Shown: positions 32,469 through 43,112, counted from the first letter of the stretch. The stretch: DNA of 64,000 bases from a bacterium (GCA_965249485.1 OZ252239.1:1088001-1152000), one strand, 5' to 3'. Made by a program: numbers and translations. The notes: generated by a model not told the origin, from the sequence alone.

Positions 32469-35400
32469 ATGAATCATATAAAAGCGAAGATTCTGTACCG
32501 AACTACATCACTTATATGTGCTCTCATAACAGCACTCGCCCTGCTGCCCGGAGCCGGTATTGCGCAGATTGGCCAGCATAACCATCCCGAATTGAAGTGG
32601 GAAACAATCGAGACAGAGCATTTCAAAATCCACTATCACGACGGTGAATACCGGACGCCCCGTATCATTGCCAAAATTATAGAAGAAGTATACGATCCGG
32701 TGACGAAGGCGTACAATTTCGAACCTGATGGAATAATCGATGTCGTTGTACGGGATCATGATGACTACTCTAACGGCGCAGCCTATTTCTACAATAATCA
32801 AATTGAAATCTGGGCTTCTTCACTCGATTTTCTTCTGCGCGGCACAAGCAACTGGCTGCGAAATGTTATCACGCATGAATTCACCCACATGATTCAGGTT
32901 CAGACAGCCCGGAAGCTTCCCCGAAGAATTCCCGCGCTCTATTTACAATATTTCGGTTATGAAAATGAACGACGCTCGGATGTGCTAACGGGATTCCCAA
33001 ATAGGATAGTTTCGTATCCAATAGCAGGCACAGTTATGCCGAGTTGGTATGCAGAAGGCGCCGCACAATATCAGACTATGCTGGAAGGGTACGAAGCATG
33101 GGATTCACACCGTGATATGATTCTCAGGACTCGTGCACTCAACAATGGTGTTTATTCCCTTTCGGAAATGGGTGTATTCGGAAAAACATCCATCGGTAAT
33201 GAATCGGTCTATAATCAGGGTTTTTCATTTATTACCTATCTTGCTGATACCTATGGCGAAGATGTGCTTGCAAGGATATCCCATACTATGTCCTCCCCGT
33301 TTGTATTTACGATTGAACAGGCGATCAAGCGTGAGACGGGAATAAATGGCAAAGAGGTATTCAACGCATGGAAAACCGAACTGGAGCAGAAGTATCTTCG
33401 GACATCGGACAAAATTGATAAAAACCTCAAAGAGGGGACAATCGTCCGGGAAGAAGGAAGTGGTAATGTTTATCCGCAGTGGTCACCGTCGGGTGAGTCT
33501 TTTGTTTTTCTGTCAAACGGACAGAGCGATTTTCTCTCTGCGACCGGTCTTTATCTCAAACAGCAGGATGATGACAAAGCTAAGTTTTTGAAAAGCGGAG
33601 TCGGGTCACCGCCTGCGTGGGACAAATCGGGTGAACGGTTAGTCTATTCGAAGTTGACGCAAAACGACAACAATTCCTATTTTTATGATCTCTACCTTTA
33701 CAATGTTGAAACAGAAAAAGAAGAAAAGCTGACCGATAGCCAACGGGCACACTATCCTTCATTTGATCCCGATATGCAGACCGTCTATTTTGTTTCCTCG
33801 ACTGACCGGTTTTCAACACTGAATGCCATTGATCTGAAAACTAAAGAAACACAGCTAATAAAAGCCTTTGATATTGGTCAGGATGTGTTCATGTCAAGCG
33901 TTTCCCCCGATGGCAGCCGCATCGTTTTTGCCGTATCATCGGGGTTTGCCCGCGATATTGCAATCATGAATACTGACGGGTCCGGCTTTCAATATCTCCT
34001 GAAGGAAAAATATGATGAGCGTAATCCGTCATTTTCGCACGACGGCAAAAGAATCTACTATAGTTCGGACAAAAATGGGATATACAATATTTATGAATAC
34101 GACTTGAATGCACAGAAAAGCGAACCGCTAACGAATGTTCTCGGCGGTGCATTTATGCCATCTCTTAACAAGGAGGGAGATCTCGTTTTTTCACTTTACA
34201 CAGATGGCGGATATAAAATTGCGATTCTTGACAACATGGACCCTGTAGAGCCGACAAATATGACGTATAGATCTGGTTACGGTGAGAGTCTTCCTGATGT
34301 CAATTATGACGATACGGAGTTTGCCGATTTAACTGCTGAGCCCTATGAACTTCACTATTCGTCCACATTCTTTATGCCGAGATTGATATTCGACTGGAAC
34401 GGCACAAAATTAGGTTTCTACACAAGTGCAAGCGATATACTTGGAAAATACAATCTTATTGCCGGCGCAGCTATGAACACTGAGACTGATCGTGATCTCT
34501 TTGCACTGATGGATTTCCGTTTTCTCGAGCAGACACTTTTTTTGGAATTGTTTAATACAACACGCAACACAAATTTTTTCAGTGAGCCAGACGATCCCCA
34601 GGTTCGCAGAGATGACGTTGCAATTGGGTACTGGGAAGCAGCAATCGGCGCCCGGCAGACGCTTTCCCGGACTCAGAATTTAAGTATAAGAGCGTCTATA
34701 TCAAGACAGAATTATAATGATGATCCGACTATTAACGGAATAAATTTTCCGGCGATCAGGTTCGATTATTACAAGGGCCTCGATATCGGTGCGCAATGGA
34801 CATACAGAAAACTACTTCCGCGCCTCGATGGGCTCATTAATCCATCCGACGGTAGAATGGTATCTGCATGGTACTGGTTTCGCTCGGATAAGATATTTCA
34901 GGATTTCGCAATCGATCCGACCTCTGGATTTTTGGATGAAATATTCAAGAAATTTAATTACCACCGATTCGATATCGATTGGAAAGAATACTACAATTTA
35001 TCATCATTTTACGACCGGAGCGCTCTAACGCTCCATTTTCAGGGGGGGATTATCAGCAGGCCTGTTGACGATTTTTTCTACTATTTTGCCGGAGGTCTTC
35101 GTGGGCTGAAAGGATACTCATATTACAGCATTGAGGGTAGGAAAAAAGCAATACTTTCGGCAACGTACCGCTTTCCTCTGCTGACCAATATAGGTAAACA
35201 AATTGGTGTGTGGTATTTCGATAAATTATATGGATCAGTCGGTTATCAGGTCGGCAACGCCTGGGATAATGGATTTGTTAAATCGGATGATCTGAAAAAT
35301 GTTATCGATCTCGGACTCCGCCTCGACACGTTTTCGTTCTATTCATATCCCACGAATATAGCATTCAATGCCGCATATGGATTGAATGAATTACCTTTTG

Positions 35401-35483
35401 GAAGTGTTGAGACCAATAATTTTAGTATGCAGGGTAAAGAGTGGAAATTTTTCTTCACAGTGCTGTTCGGCTATGCATTTTAA
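32469..35483 (+). CDS. Zinc peptidase (HExxH) + PD40 propeller + Omp85-like C-terminal barrel
   Basis: WETIETEHFKIHY, HEFTH...WYAEGAAQY, PD40 repeats, FAGGLRGLKGY...YRFPL, terminal FGYAF. Confidence 0.78.
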   Translation: MNHIKAKILYRTTSLICALITALALLPGAGIAQIGQHNHPELKWETIETEHFKIHYHDGEYRTPRIIAKIIEEVYDPVTKAYNFEPDGIIDVVVRDHDDYSNGAAYFYNNQIEIWASSLDFLLRGTSNWLRNVITHEFTHMIQVQTARKLPRRIPALYLQYFGYENERRSDVLTGFPNRIVSYPIAGTVMPSWYAEGAAQYQTMLEGYEAWDSHRDMILRTRALNNGVYSLSEMGVFGKTSIGNESVYNQGFSFITYLADTYGEDVLARISHTMSSPFVFTIEQAIKRETGINGKEVFNAWKTELEQKYLRTSDKIDKNLKEGTIVREEGSGNVYPQWSPSGESFVFLSNGQSDFLSATGLYLKQQDDDKAKFLKSGVGSPPAWDKSGERLVYSKLTQNDNNSYFYDLYLYNVETEKEEKLTDSQRAHYPSFDPDMQTVYFVSSTDRFSTLNAIDLKTKETQLIKAFDIGQDVFMSSVSPDGSRIVFAVSSGFARDIAIMNTDGSGFQYLLKEKYDERNPSFSHDGKRIYYSSDKNGIYNIYEYDLNAQKSEPLTNVLGGAFMPSLNKEGDLVFSLYTDGGYKIAILDNMDPVEPTNMTYRSGYGESLPDVNYDDTEFADLTAEPYELHYSSTFFMPRLIFDWNGTKLGFYTSASDILGKYNLIAGAAMNTETDRDLFALMDFRFLEQTLFLELFNTTRNTNFFSEPDDPQVRRDDVAIGYWEAAIGARQTLSRTQNLSIRASISRQNYNDDPTINGINFPAIRFDYYKGLDIGAQWTYRKLLPRLDGLINPSDGRMVSAWYWFRSDKIFQDFAIDPTSGFLDEIFKKFNYHRFDIDWKEYYNLSSFYDRSALTLHFQGGIISRPVDDFFYYFAGGLRGLKGYSYYSIEGRKKAILSATYRFPLLTNIGKQIGVWYFDKLYGSVGYQVGNAWDNGFVKSDDLKNVIDLGLRLDTFSFYSYPTNIAFNAAYGLNELPFGSVETNNFSMQGKEWKFFFTVLFGYAF

Positions 35484-35545
35484 TTATTGCCATAGTTTAT
35501 GATTCATTTATTATTTAATCGCAATGGAACTGTCAGGGAGACGGT

Positions 35546-36310
35546 ATGAAAATAGTATCATGTCTACTTATATTTTTCTTGGTAACCGGTACAACAGCTG
35601 CACAGGATTTTGACACAGTTTTCCGCCCGGACAATCAGCTCTCTTTTTCTACTGACCGGAATCAAACCGAGAAAGACAATACATTACGGAATCGTTCCTT
35701 CTCGTTTCATCATCAATTAGATTCCGGAAATTCACAAAAATCACCTATCACTGCTGTAGTACTATCAGGGATTATTCCCGGATTGGGACAATTGTATGCC
35801 GGAGATAAAATAAAAGCGCTCGGGTTTGCTGCAACAGAAGTTGCACTCTGGTTCGGCCGTTCCCAATTCATTGATAAGGGTGACGAAATCAAACAGGAAT
35901 TCAGGACATATGCTGATCAATTTTGGAGTGATTCCGAATATTTTACCTGGGCAGGGATCGTCGATATATCAACGTATTCACATGTTCTGCCCGACACAAA
36001 AACGCAGCAGTATTATGAGATGATAGGCAAATATAACCAATTTCTCGCCGGATGGCCCGATTCCGAAGGCGATCCCGATCAATCGGAAATGCGACTCCAC
36101 TACATGTCACAGCATCATGAAAGTAATAAAAATTACAAAAATGCCGACAAACTTGCACAGATTCTTGTGCTCAACCGGGTCATTAGTGCATTTGACGCGG
36201 CTTTTTCGATTCACAGGAACAATAAAAAGTTGAGAGCCAAATTCCGCGTTAAAAAAATGTATGCAAAATCGGGACTTATGCCGGTCGTCAATCTTAAATA
36301 TACATGGTAA
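35546..36310 (+). CDS. DUF5683-like exported/membrane protein
   Basis: Signal peptide; KSPITAVVLSGIIPGLGQLY; ISAFDA; ends LKYTW. Confidence 0.6.
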   Translation: MKIVSCLLIFFLVTGTTAAQDFDTVFRPDNQLSFSTDRNQTEKDNTLRNRSFSFHHQLDSGNSQKSPITAVVLSGIIPGLGQLYAGDKIKALGFAATEVALWFGRSQFIDKGDEIKQEFRTYADQFWSDSEYFTWAGIVDISTYSHVLPDTKTQQYYEMIGKYNQFLAGWPDSEGDPDQSEMRLHYMSQHHESNKNYKNADKLAQILVLNRVISAFDAAFSIHRNNKKLRAKFRVKKMYAKSGLMPVVNLKYTW

Positions 36311-36987
36311 TCTACACGATGATGGCTCTTAAACACAAAGCACTTTTTCTTCTGATATTTCTTACTATTTCCAGCGGAACCACCGCACCGGTATTCGCAC
36401 AGCAAAATCGAAAATCACCGGCCAAAGCATTTCTCTATTCCTTTCTTGTTCCCGGGCTCGGACACTATTATGTTGAAAATGTTGGAAAAGCGCGTTTGTT
36501 TATCGCTGCAGATGTAATACTGTTTGGAATGGGGATCGGTCATACCATTTATTCTGAAACGCTAGAAGATGATTTTAAAGCATTCGGCGCCGCACATGCA
36601 GGATTTGATCCTGCTGGCAAGGACAAGGACTATTTTATTGCAGCATCACGTTTTCTGACAATATACGATTATAATAATGATGTGCGTCTCAATAGAGATT
36701 TTGACAAGGTTTTACCTGAAACCCCCGGAATTCTCTGGTCCTGGGACAGCTCTGAAAATAGGGCTCTATTCTTACAAAGGCGTCTTGATGCAAAAGGGAT
36801 AAGGAATAGAAGAAACTTCTATTTTGCCGGAATGTTTTTAAACCATGTCCTTAGCGGCATACATGCCTCTTTTATGGCGAAACGCTTTAATGCGCGTTTA
36901 CCCCAAACCGGTTGGAACGTCCGGTTCCGTTCACTACCGCAATATGAAAATCCTACACATTCAGTGCAGGTAACATATAGATTTTAA
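36304..36987 (+). CDS. DUF5683-like exported/membrane protein, paralog of the upstream gene
   Basis: Signal peptide; KSPAKAFLYSFLVPGLGHYY; ends VTYRF. Confidence 0.6.
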   Translation: MVIYTMMALKHKALFLLIFLTISSGTTAPVFAQQNRKSPAKAFLYSFLVPGLGHYYVENVGKARLFIAADVILFGMGIGHTIYSETLEDDFKAFGAAHAGFDPAGKDKDYFIAASRFLTIYDYNNDVRLNRDFDKVLPETPGILWSWDSSENRALFLQRRLDAKGIRNRRNFYFAGMFLNHVLSGIHASFMAKRFNARLPQTGWNVRFRSLPQYENPTHSVQVTYRF

Positions 36988-37077
36988 TAAAAGATATTCT
37001 TACCTTACCAACGATTACAGGACACCTAAATATATATTTTCACTACTACTACTATTGCAAAGAGGAGGGGTTAAACG

Positions 37078-38349
37078 ATGGTAAGAGTATACAGTTTCCT
37101 ACTTATATTCATATTGAGTAGCAGTTCTCTTTTTGCTCAGGAAATGAAAGTCAATGCACAGTTTAGGTATAGGGGTGAATTCGCTAAGAATAAAAGTGCA
37201 TTCAATACCGCAACATTCGGGGACAACTTAGCAGGCGACAGTTTCGGACTTCTCAGAAGCAGGATCGGATTAACATTCACCGGAACCGATGATGTTTCAG
37301 CATTTTTTCAGCTACAGGATTCCAGAAGACTTGGTGAAGAGACAAGTACGCTTTTTGATGCAAATGCTGATCAGTTTGATCTCCATCAGGGATTTCTGGT
37401 GGTCAATCGGTTTCTCTCTGACGATCTTTCATTAAAACTTGGCCGCATGGAGATATCTCTTGGAAATCAGCGGTTCATTGGAGCCGTAAGATGGAGTAAT
37501 ACGGGCCGTTCATTCGATGGTGCACTTCTTGAACGTAAAAACAATCCTTTGAGCTTTACATTATTCGGCGCCAGTATTCATGACGAAGTGCCGACACTTC
37601 ATTTTGATCCTGACGAAAACTTGTATGGATTATTCGGTTCGTACAAGCAGTCGGAGGCGAGGACAATCAACGGATTTGCCTTCTTAAACACGAATAGCGA
37701 CCGTATAACCGGCGGCCCTGATGACGATGACTTGAAATTGGTCCGATTGACAGCAGGTTTCGATTATACAGCATCGGTTGCCAATTTCAGTTATGAGTTT
37801 GAAGGTGCTGCACAATTCGGAAAACAGGATGTAGGTCTCAACAGAGCGAGAGATAATATCAAAGCGTACATGTATGGATTTCGGCTGAAATATTTGTCGC
37901 CGAATGTGAAAAAACCGTTTATCGGTGTCGGTTATGATTTTCTTTCAGGTGATGATAATCCGCTTGACGGTGACAACAAATCCTTCGATACACTTTTTGC
38001 CACCAATCACAAATTCTACGGTTTCATGGACTATTTCATCAATATTCCCGCTGCGACTTCACAGCTTGGATTACAGGATTTTATGGTCAATACAGGTTTC
38101 ACACCGAGAAACGACATTATTGTTGCCGCCGATTGGCATTATCTCCGGGCTCATGAAGAAAACGATGCCGGCAACAGTGCATTCCGTAATGAACTCGATG
38201 TAACGCTTCGCTACAATTACCGGCAGGACCTCGGTTTTCAGGCAGGGGTTTCACTTTTTATACCCGGTGAAATTCCCGATGAAACACCGAACAATGATAC
38301 AATCGGATATTGGTCGTATGTCATGCTGACGTACAATTTTTCACAGTAG
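37078..38349 (+). CDS. Alginate-export-family outer-membrane porin
   Basis: FFQLQDSR, LKLGRMEISLGNQRFIG, RSFDG, SGDDNP, TNHKFYGFMDYF, GLQD. Confidence 0.8.
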   Translation: MVRVYSFLLIFILSSSSLFAQEMKVNAQFRYRGEFAKNKSAFNTATFGDNLAGDSFGLLRSRIGLTFTGTDDVSAFFQLQDSRRLGEETSTLFDANADQFDLHQGFLVVNRFLSDDLSLKLGRMEISLGNQRFIGAVRWSNTGRSFDGALLERKNNPLSFTLFGASIHDEVPTLHFDPDENLYGLFGSYKQSEARTINGFAFLNTNSDRITGGPDDDDLKLVRLTAGFDYTASVANFSYEFEGAAQFGKQDVGLNRARDNIKAYMYGFRLKYLSPNVKKPFIGVGYDFLSGDDNPLDGDNKSFDTLFATNHKFYGFMDYFINIPAATSQLGLQDFMVNTGFTPRNDIIVAADWHYLRAHEENDAGNSAFRNELDVTLRYNYRQDLGFQAGVSLFIPGEIPDETPNNDTIGYWSYVMLTYNFSQ

Positions 38350-38426
38350 AAGTAGCTCATAAATGAGACAAGCACAAAACAGATTCTTGTCTCTCAATAA
38401 AATAATTATGCAACAGAATTTCATTG

Positions 38427-39079
38427 TTATTCTTTAACGCTTCTGTTCTTGTCAATCCAGTATCCCCACGGTACCAAAAGCCAAAGAATAAGAGCGCTGT
38501 AAGCAAGAGCTGTCTCGTTAGGCGGTGGTGGTGAAAAAAAATTGATAAGCCACACAATAAAGAGAAACACTACAAGAGACCATAATCCGTAAACTCCTTT
38601 TTTGTTGATCGGCCCGGTCGTACGAACATACAAAAAAATAGCTGCAGTGAAAAGACCTCCCTCAATGAGGATAGTCCAGATTGGTGAATTCCAAAGTCCA
38701 AATCCCATCATAATATCAGATCCCGGATAGAGCGGGAGATCAGGCCGATGAGTTACAAGATCGAGCAGCCAGTGGCTTAAAACCGCCCCTGCAACGATGA
38801 ACGCACTCTTTAAAGATCGTTTTCGGAACAGATATACTCGCCCATAACACATCCCCAGAACAGCATTCCCAATAAGCTGTGCGTGTACGGATAATGGTAA
38901 AAATCAAGAGGAGTAACCTCCGTAATTCCGGGAGCAATCCGAACAGATTCTATACCGGCAAGCAGCATAATCGGCCAGATGAGATCAACTAATTGAACCG
39001 CAAGAAAAAGTGTGCCTAGAGCAATCCGGGATTCTCCTCTTTTAATAAAAAAAGCTGCGCTATAGTGTCCTATAAACAT
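38427..39079 (-). CDS. Inner-membrane metal-dependent hydrolase-like protein; one frameshift near 38840
   Basis: MFIGH, YPYTHSL, LSHWLLDLVTHRPDLPL, GFGLWN; ORFs 38810-39079 and 38427-38852 join. Confidence 0.75.
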
Positions 39080-39221
39080 TGGGGGTCTCGTTTGGATTTT
39101 CAGAATTTAATTCATACATGCAAAAAATGTCGTTGCGAGCGTCATTCCTTAATGGATTAACTTTGGAAATCCCGCATAAATGTGGTGATCCCTGAGTATT
39201 TTTTAACAGGATTAGATGATT

Positions 39222-39905
39222 TTACACTTCAAGCTTTGTCTGCTCGGCGGGTATAATGTTTTCCGGCGAATTGTTTTTCGGTGAGTTAATGACAGGAGAG
39301 ACGTCATACGCGTTCATGAGGTCAGCATTATAAGGCCGCAAGAGTGGAACAAGATCGTTTTCACTTGTGATTGTGTTGTCGAGCCAGAAATCGATTTTAT
39401 CTTTTGGTATGATGACCGGCATCCGTTCATTGACCGGTTTCAGCCACTCATTTGATGCAATGGTGACGATGGTACACGATGATACCGTTTCACCTTCAGG
39501 GGGCTGCCACTGCTCCCACAGTCCTGCCATACCAAATAGCTTATCTGATTTCAAGTGAACATACACTGGAATCTTTTTACCGCTTTCTTCTCGCCACTCA
39601 TAGTAACCGCTTGCAGGAATGAGGCACCGCCGTTTTTTGAAGGCAAGCCTGAAACTTGGCTTAACGGTAACTGTTTCGGCACGGGTATTGAGCATTTTTG
39701 TACCGATTGACATATCTTTTGCCCAGGGAGGAATGAGTCCCCATCTGAAAAGAACGAAACGTCGACCGCTGTCATCGACAATAGCGGGAATAGTATGTTT
39801 CGGCGCTATGTTGTAGCTCGGTTGAAATCCGGGACCGATATCCTGAATTCCGAATTCCTGCGCAATATCGACTAATTTACTTTCTCGCACAAACCGGTAG
39901 CACAT
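39222..39905 (-). CDS. SOS response-associated peptidase (SRAP/HMCES/YedK family)
   Basis: N-terminal MC, SYNIAP, WGLIPPW, NTRAET, RRCLIPASGYYEW, RMPVI. Confidence 0.92.
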   Translation of the reverse strand: MCYRFVRESKLVDIAQEFGIQDIGPGFQPSYNIAPKHTIPAIVDDSGRRFVLFRWGLIPPWAKDMSIGTKMLNTRAETVTVKPSFRLAFKKRRCLIPASGYYEWREESGKKIPVYVHLKSDKLFGMAGLWEQWQPPEGETVSSCTIVTIASNEWLKPVNERMPVIIPKDKIDFWLDNTITSENDLVPLLRPYNADLMNAYDVSPVINSPKNNSPENIIPAEQTKLEV

Positions 39906-39917
39906 AACGTTATACTT

Positions 39918-41738
39918 TCACTGTGATATTTTGAGAAAGTCGTAATTGGGCGTCATCAGAACAGTATCTTCACTTTTTCTGGTGATCTGTTGCAAAATCT
40001 TGAGGGCGGGCTGTAGTGAACGGAGTGTATTAACAACAGACCCTGTCGTTTCTGTACCAACAGCGGCCAGGCTCATAAATGATTGTATCGACTCAAATAA
40101 TGTCTTCGGTTTCGGAAACTGTTTGATATTGAGCGGGGCATTTTCAGCGAGATCGAGCGCTTCCCGGACCGATCTGAGTGCGGCAGGGTAACCGCCAAGT
40201 TCATCGACCAGACCGAGTGCAAGAGCATCTTCTCCGGTCCATACACGCCCTTTTGCAATTTCTTTAACACCTTCGATATTCAAATCCCGTCCTTCGGCAA
40301 CTTTTGTAGTGAAATCTGCGTAAATATTGTCGAGCCAGTCCTGATACCGTTCCCACTGTTCGGGTGTATAGTCGTGCAGACTTGACCATGCGGTAGCATT
40401 TTCCCCGGCATGAACTTCGTCCCAGGTAATTCCGAGTTTGCCAAAGAAATCCCTCATCAGAAGTTTCAGGCTGAGGACACCGATCGAGCCGGTAATTGTT
40501 GCCGGCTGAGCAATGATCTTATCAGCCGGTATTGAAACAAAATACCCGCCTGACGCGGCAACGTTGCCCATCGAAATAACAACCGGTTTGCCTGCTTCCC
40601 GTGTTTCAAGGACTTCGCGCCAAATAACATCTGAAGCAATATACCCGCCGCCGGGGCTGTCGACTCGGAAAAGTACAGCTTTGATATCCTCATCTTCTGT
40701 CGCTGACCGGAATGCCCGGGTAACGGTTGACGATCCCATAGTTGATGTCATCGAAAATGGATCGAAATCACTCGGTCCACGCTGGATTCCCCCGACCCCG
40801 TAAATGAGCGCGACACCGGTACCTTCACTGTTCGGTCTTCCCGCAATAGAAAGATATTCTGATGTAGAAATATACGACACATCCTCTCCAAACTGCTCTT
40901 CAACAGAATCGAATACCTCGTCACGGTAAGCAAGGCGATCTACAAGTCCCGCTTGTTCCGCGTCGTGACCAAGAAACGGTCCTTGATCGACAAGACTCCG
41001 GACAGCACGTTCAGTCAGTCCGCGCTGTTCCGCAATTCCCCTGATGAATTGGTCATACCGTGAATCAAGCAAGGATTGAGCGGCTTCACGGTGATGTTCG
41101 GTAAATTCTGTTTCAGTAAACATATTAAAGGCGTTTTTATATTCATACCTCCTGTCGCCACGGGGTACAATGCCAAGTTTATCAAACATACCTTTTATAA
41201 ACGGTGACTCACTAATAAATCCCGTAAGGCCGACATCGCCGCTCGGTGCAAGATAAATCTCATCGAATGCGCTTGCTAAATAATACGACCCGTTCCCCGG
41301 CCCAGGACCCCCGAATGTCTCAGAGAACACAAGTGCTGGTTTACCCGATTCCCGGAAGGAAAGCACTACGTCCCGTATCTCCTGAATATGAGCCAGGCCG
41401 ATCAGTCCTGTCCCTGCTTTGGCAAGGAGTGCGACAACCCGGTCATCATGTTGTGCCTGCTCGAGCGCATCGACAACATCTCTTACCTCCATAGTTCCCT
41501 CCAGCATTGCATCGGTAAAGGGATCATCCGGAACATATTCTATAAATGTCTGCTCGAGATTCAATTCGAGTATAGTATTGTCGGAAACACTACCAGTATC
41601 AGAAATAAACAGTAAGCTAATGAAGCCGATAAAGACAGCAATAAAACCGAAAATCGTCAGTCCGCCGATAATGGCTAAAGATTTAACAAAAAAACTGCTT
41701 CCTTTTTTTTGTTCTGGATAATTCGTGCTTTCCATCAC
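39918..41738 (-). CDS. sppA: Signal peptide peptidase SppA, 67K type
   Basis: Tandem S49 domains: YYLASAFD, RVDSPGG, SMGNVAASGGY, TITGSIGV, GRVWTG. Confidence 0.93.
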   Translation of the reverse strand: MMESTNYPEQKKGSSFFVKSLAIIGGLTIFGFIAVFIGFISLLFISDTGSVSDNTILELNLEQTFIEYVPDDPFTDAMLEGTMEVRDVVDALEQAQHDDRVVALLAKAGTGLIGLAHIQEIRDVVLSFRESGKPALVFSETFGGPGPGNGSYYLASAFDEIYLAPSGDVGLTGFISESPFIKGMFDKLGIVPRGDRRYEYKNAFNMFTETEFTEHHREAAQSLLDSRYDQFIRGIAEQRGLTERAVRSLVDQGPFLGHDAEQAGLVDRLAYRDEVFDSVEEQFGEDVSYISTSEYLSIAGRPNSEGTGVALIYGVGGIQRGPSDFDPFSMTSTMGSSTVTRAFRSATEDEDIKAVLFRVDSPGGGYIASDVIWREVLETREAGKPVVISMGNVAASGGYFVSIPADKIIAQPATITGSIGVLSLKLLMRDFFGKLGITWDEVHAGENATAWSSLHDYTPEQWERYQDWLDNIYADFTTKVAEGRDLNIEGVKEIAKGRVWTGEDALALGLVDELGGYPAALRSVREALDLAENAPLNIKQFPKPKTLFESIQSFMSLAAVGTETTGSVVNTLRSLQPALKILQQITRKSEDTVLMTPNYDFLKISQ

Positions 41739-41777
41739 AAGACTCCTTACTGTCGGGTATATCTATGAATTAATATT

Positions 41778-43046
41778 TTATGGTTGTTTGACTATTTTTC
41801 CACCGATCATGACAAACCGGACATCTTCGACTACCCGGATATTGTCAAGCGGATTACCCGGTACGGCGACGATATCTGCTAACCTGCCTTCCTCAAGAAT
41901 CCCTCTGTCGTCAACGCCGAGTAAATCTGCCGCATTGACCGTTGCTGTTCGAAGTGCATCGATCGGCTCCATACCAAGCCGGACAAGAACTTCAAATTCT
42001 TTCGGATTATCACCATGCGGGTAGACTGCCGCATCGGTGCCGAATGCAATTTTGACTCCATCCAGAATTGCTTTTCGGAGGCTTGCGCGAGCCAATGGGA
42101 GTATAAATTCTGCCTTTGCGCGAATCGGCGCGGGCAGTGCATCGAGATTTAGCGCTTCAACGAGATACGTGGTCGGAATGAGATACGTGCCGTTTTCCTT
42201 CATAACATTGATTGCTTCGTCATTCAGCATTGAGCCATGCTCGATTGATGCGATTCCGGCACGGGAAGCGGCAATTATTCCTTCTGTTCCGTGCGCATGG
42301 GCGGCAACCTTGATTCCATGCCTGTTAGCTTCATCAACGATTGCTGCCATTTCCTCTTCGGAATATTGTTGTGCACCGACAGGCCCTTCGAATGAGAGAA
42401 CACCCGCAGTTGCGTTTATCTTAATTACTTTTGCGCCATGTTTAATCTGATACCTGACCGCTTTAACCACTTCATCAACACCATCAGCCACACCCTCCTC
42501 AAAACTTTGTTCAAGAACACCAGGTTTATACCCGGTAACATCACCATGACCACCCGTGATACTGAGGGAATACCCCGCTGGAATAATACGCGGTCCAAGA
42601 ATAGTTCCCTTTTCAATTGCATGCATCAGGGAAACGTCGACAAAATCGTTCGATCCAACATTCCGGATCGTTGTGAAGCCGGCCATAAGTGTAAGTTTAG
42701 CATGTTTGACTCCACTCAATGCAGCATCTGCAGCAGATTCGGTAACGGGACGCAAAGCCAGATTACTGCCTAATTGTGAGGTTATATGGGTATGCATGTC
42801 CATAAATCCCGGCAGTAGTGTCATATCACCGAGATCGATCACTTCAGCGCCTCTGGGAACACGTTCCCGTCCGGCGGAAATGATTCTGTCACCTTCAACG
42901 ACGATTACCGGATCACGAATAACTTCACCCGACACAACATCTATCATTCTGTCTGCACGGATCGCAATGGTTTCCTGCGTATATGCAAATTCAGGAACAA
43001 TAATAATTAGAGCAGTAATAAGGAAAAAGAAAGCATGCTTTTTCAC
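41778..43046 (-). CDS. Secreted amidohydrolase (Xaa-Pro dipeptidase-like)
   Basis: LLPGFMDMHTH, AAHAHG, SIEHGS, FGTDA; signal peptide. Confidence 0.9.
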   Translation of the reverse strand: MKKHAFFFLITALIIIVPEFAYTQETIAIRADRMIDVVSGEVIRDPVIVVEGDRIISAGRERVPRGAEVIDLGDMTLLPGFMDMHTHITSQLGSNLALRPVTESAADAALSGVKHAKLTLMAGFTTIRNVGSNDFVDVSLMHAIEKGTILGPRIIPAGYSLSITGGHGDVTGYKPGVLEQSFEEGVADGVDEVVKAVRYQIKHGAKVIKINATAGVLSFEGPVGAQQYSEEEMAAIVDEANRHGIKVAAHAHGTEGIIAASRAGIASIEHGSMLNDEAINVMKENGTYLIPTTYLVEALNLDALPAPIRAKAEFILPLARASLRKAILDGVKIAFGTDAAVYPHGDNPKEFEVLVRLGMEPIDALRTATVNAADLLGVDDRGILEEGRLADIVAVPGNPLDNIRVVEDVRFVMIGGKIVKQP

Positions 43047-43112
43047 AAAGATCTCCTTAATTCTATGAATTATTCGATTCAGATGGAATGATGCTTGTAC
43101 GATACGGAGGAG

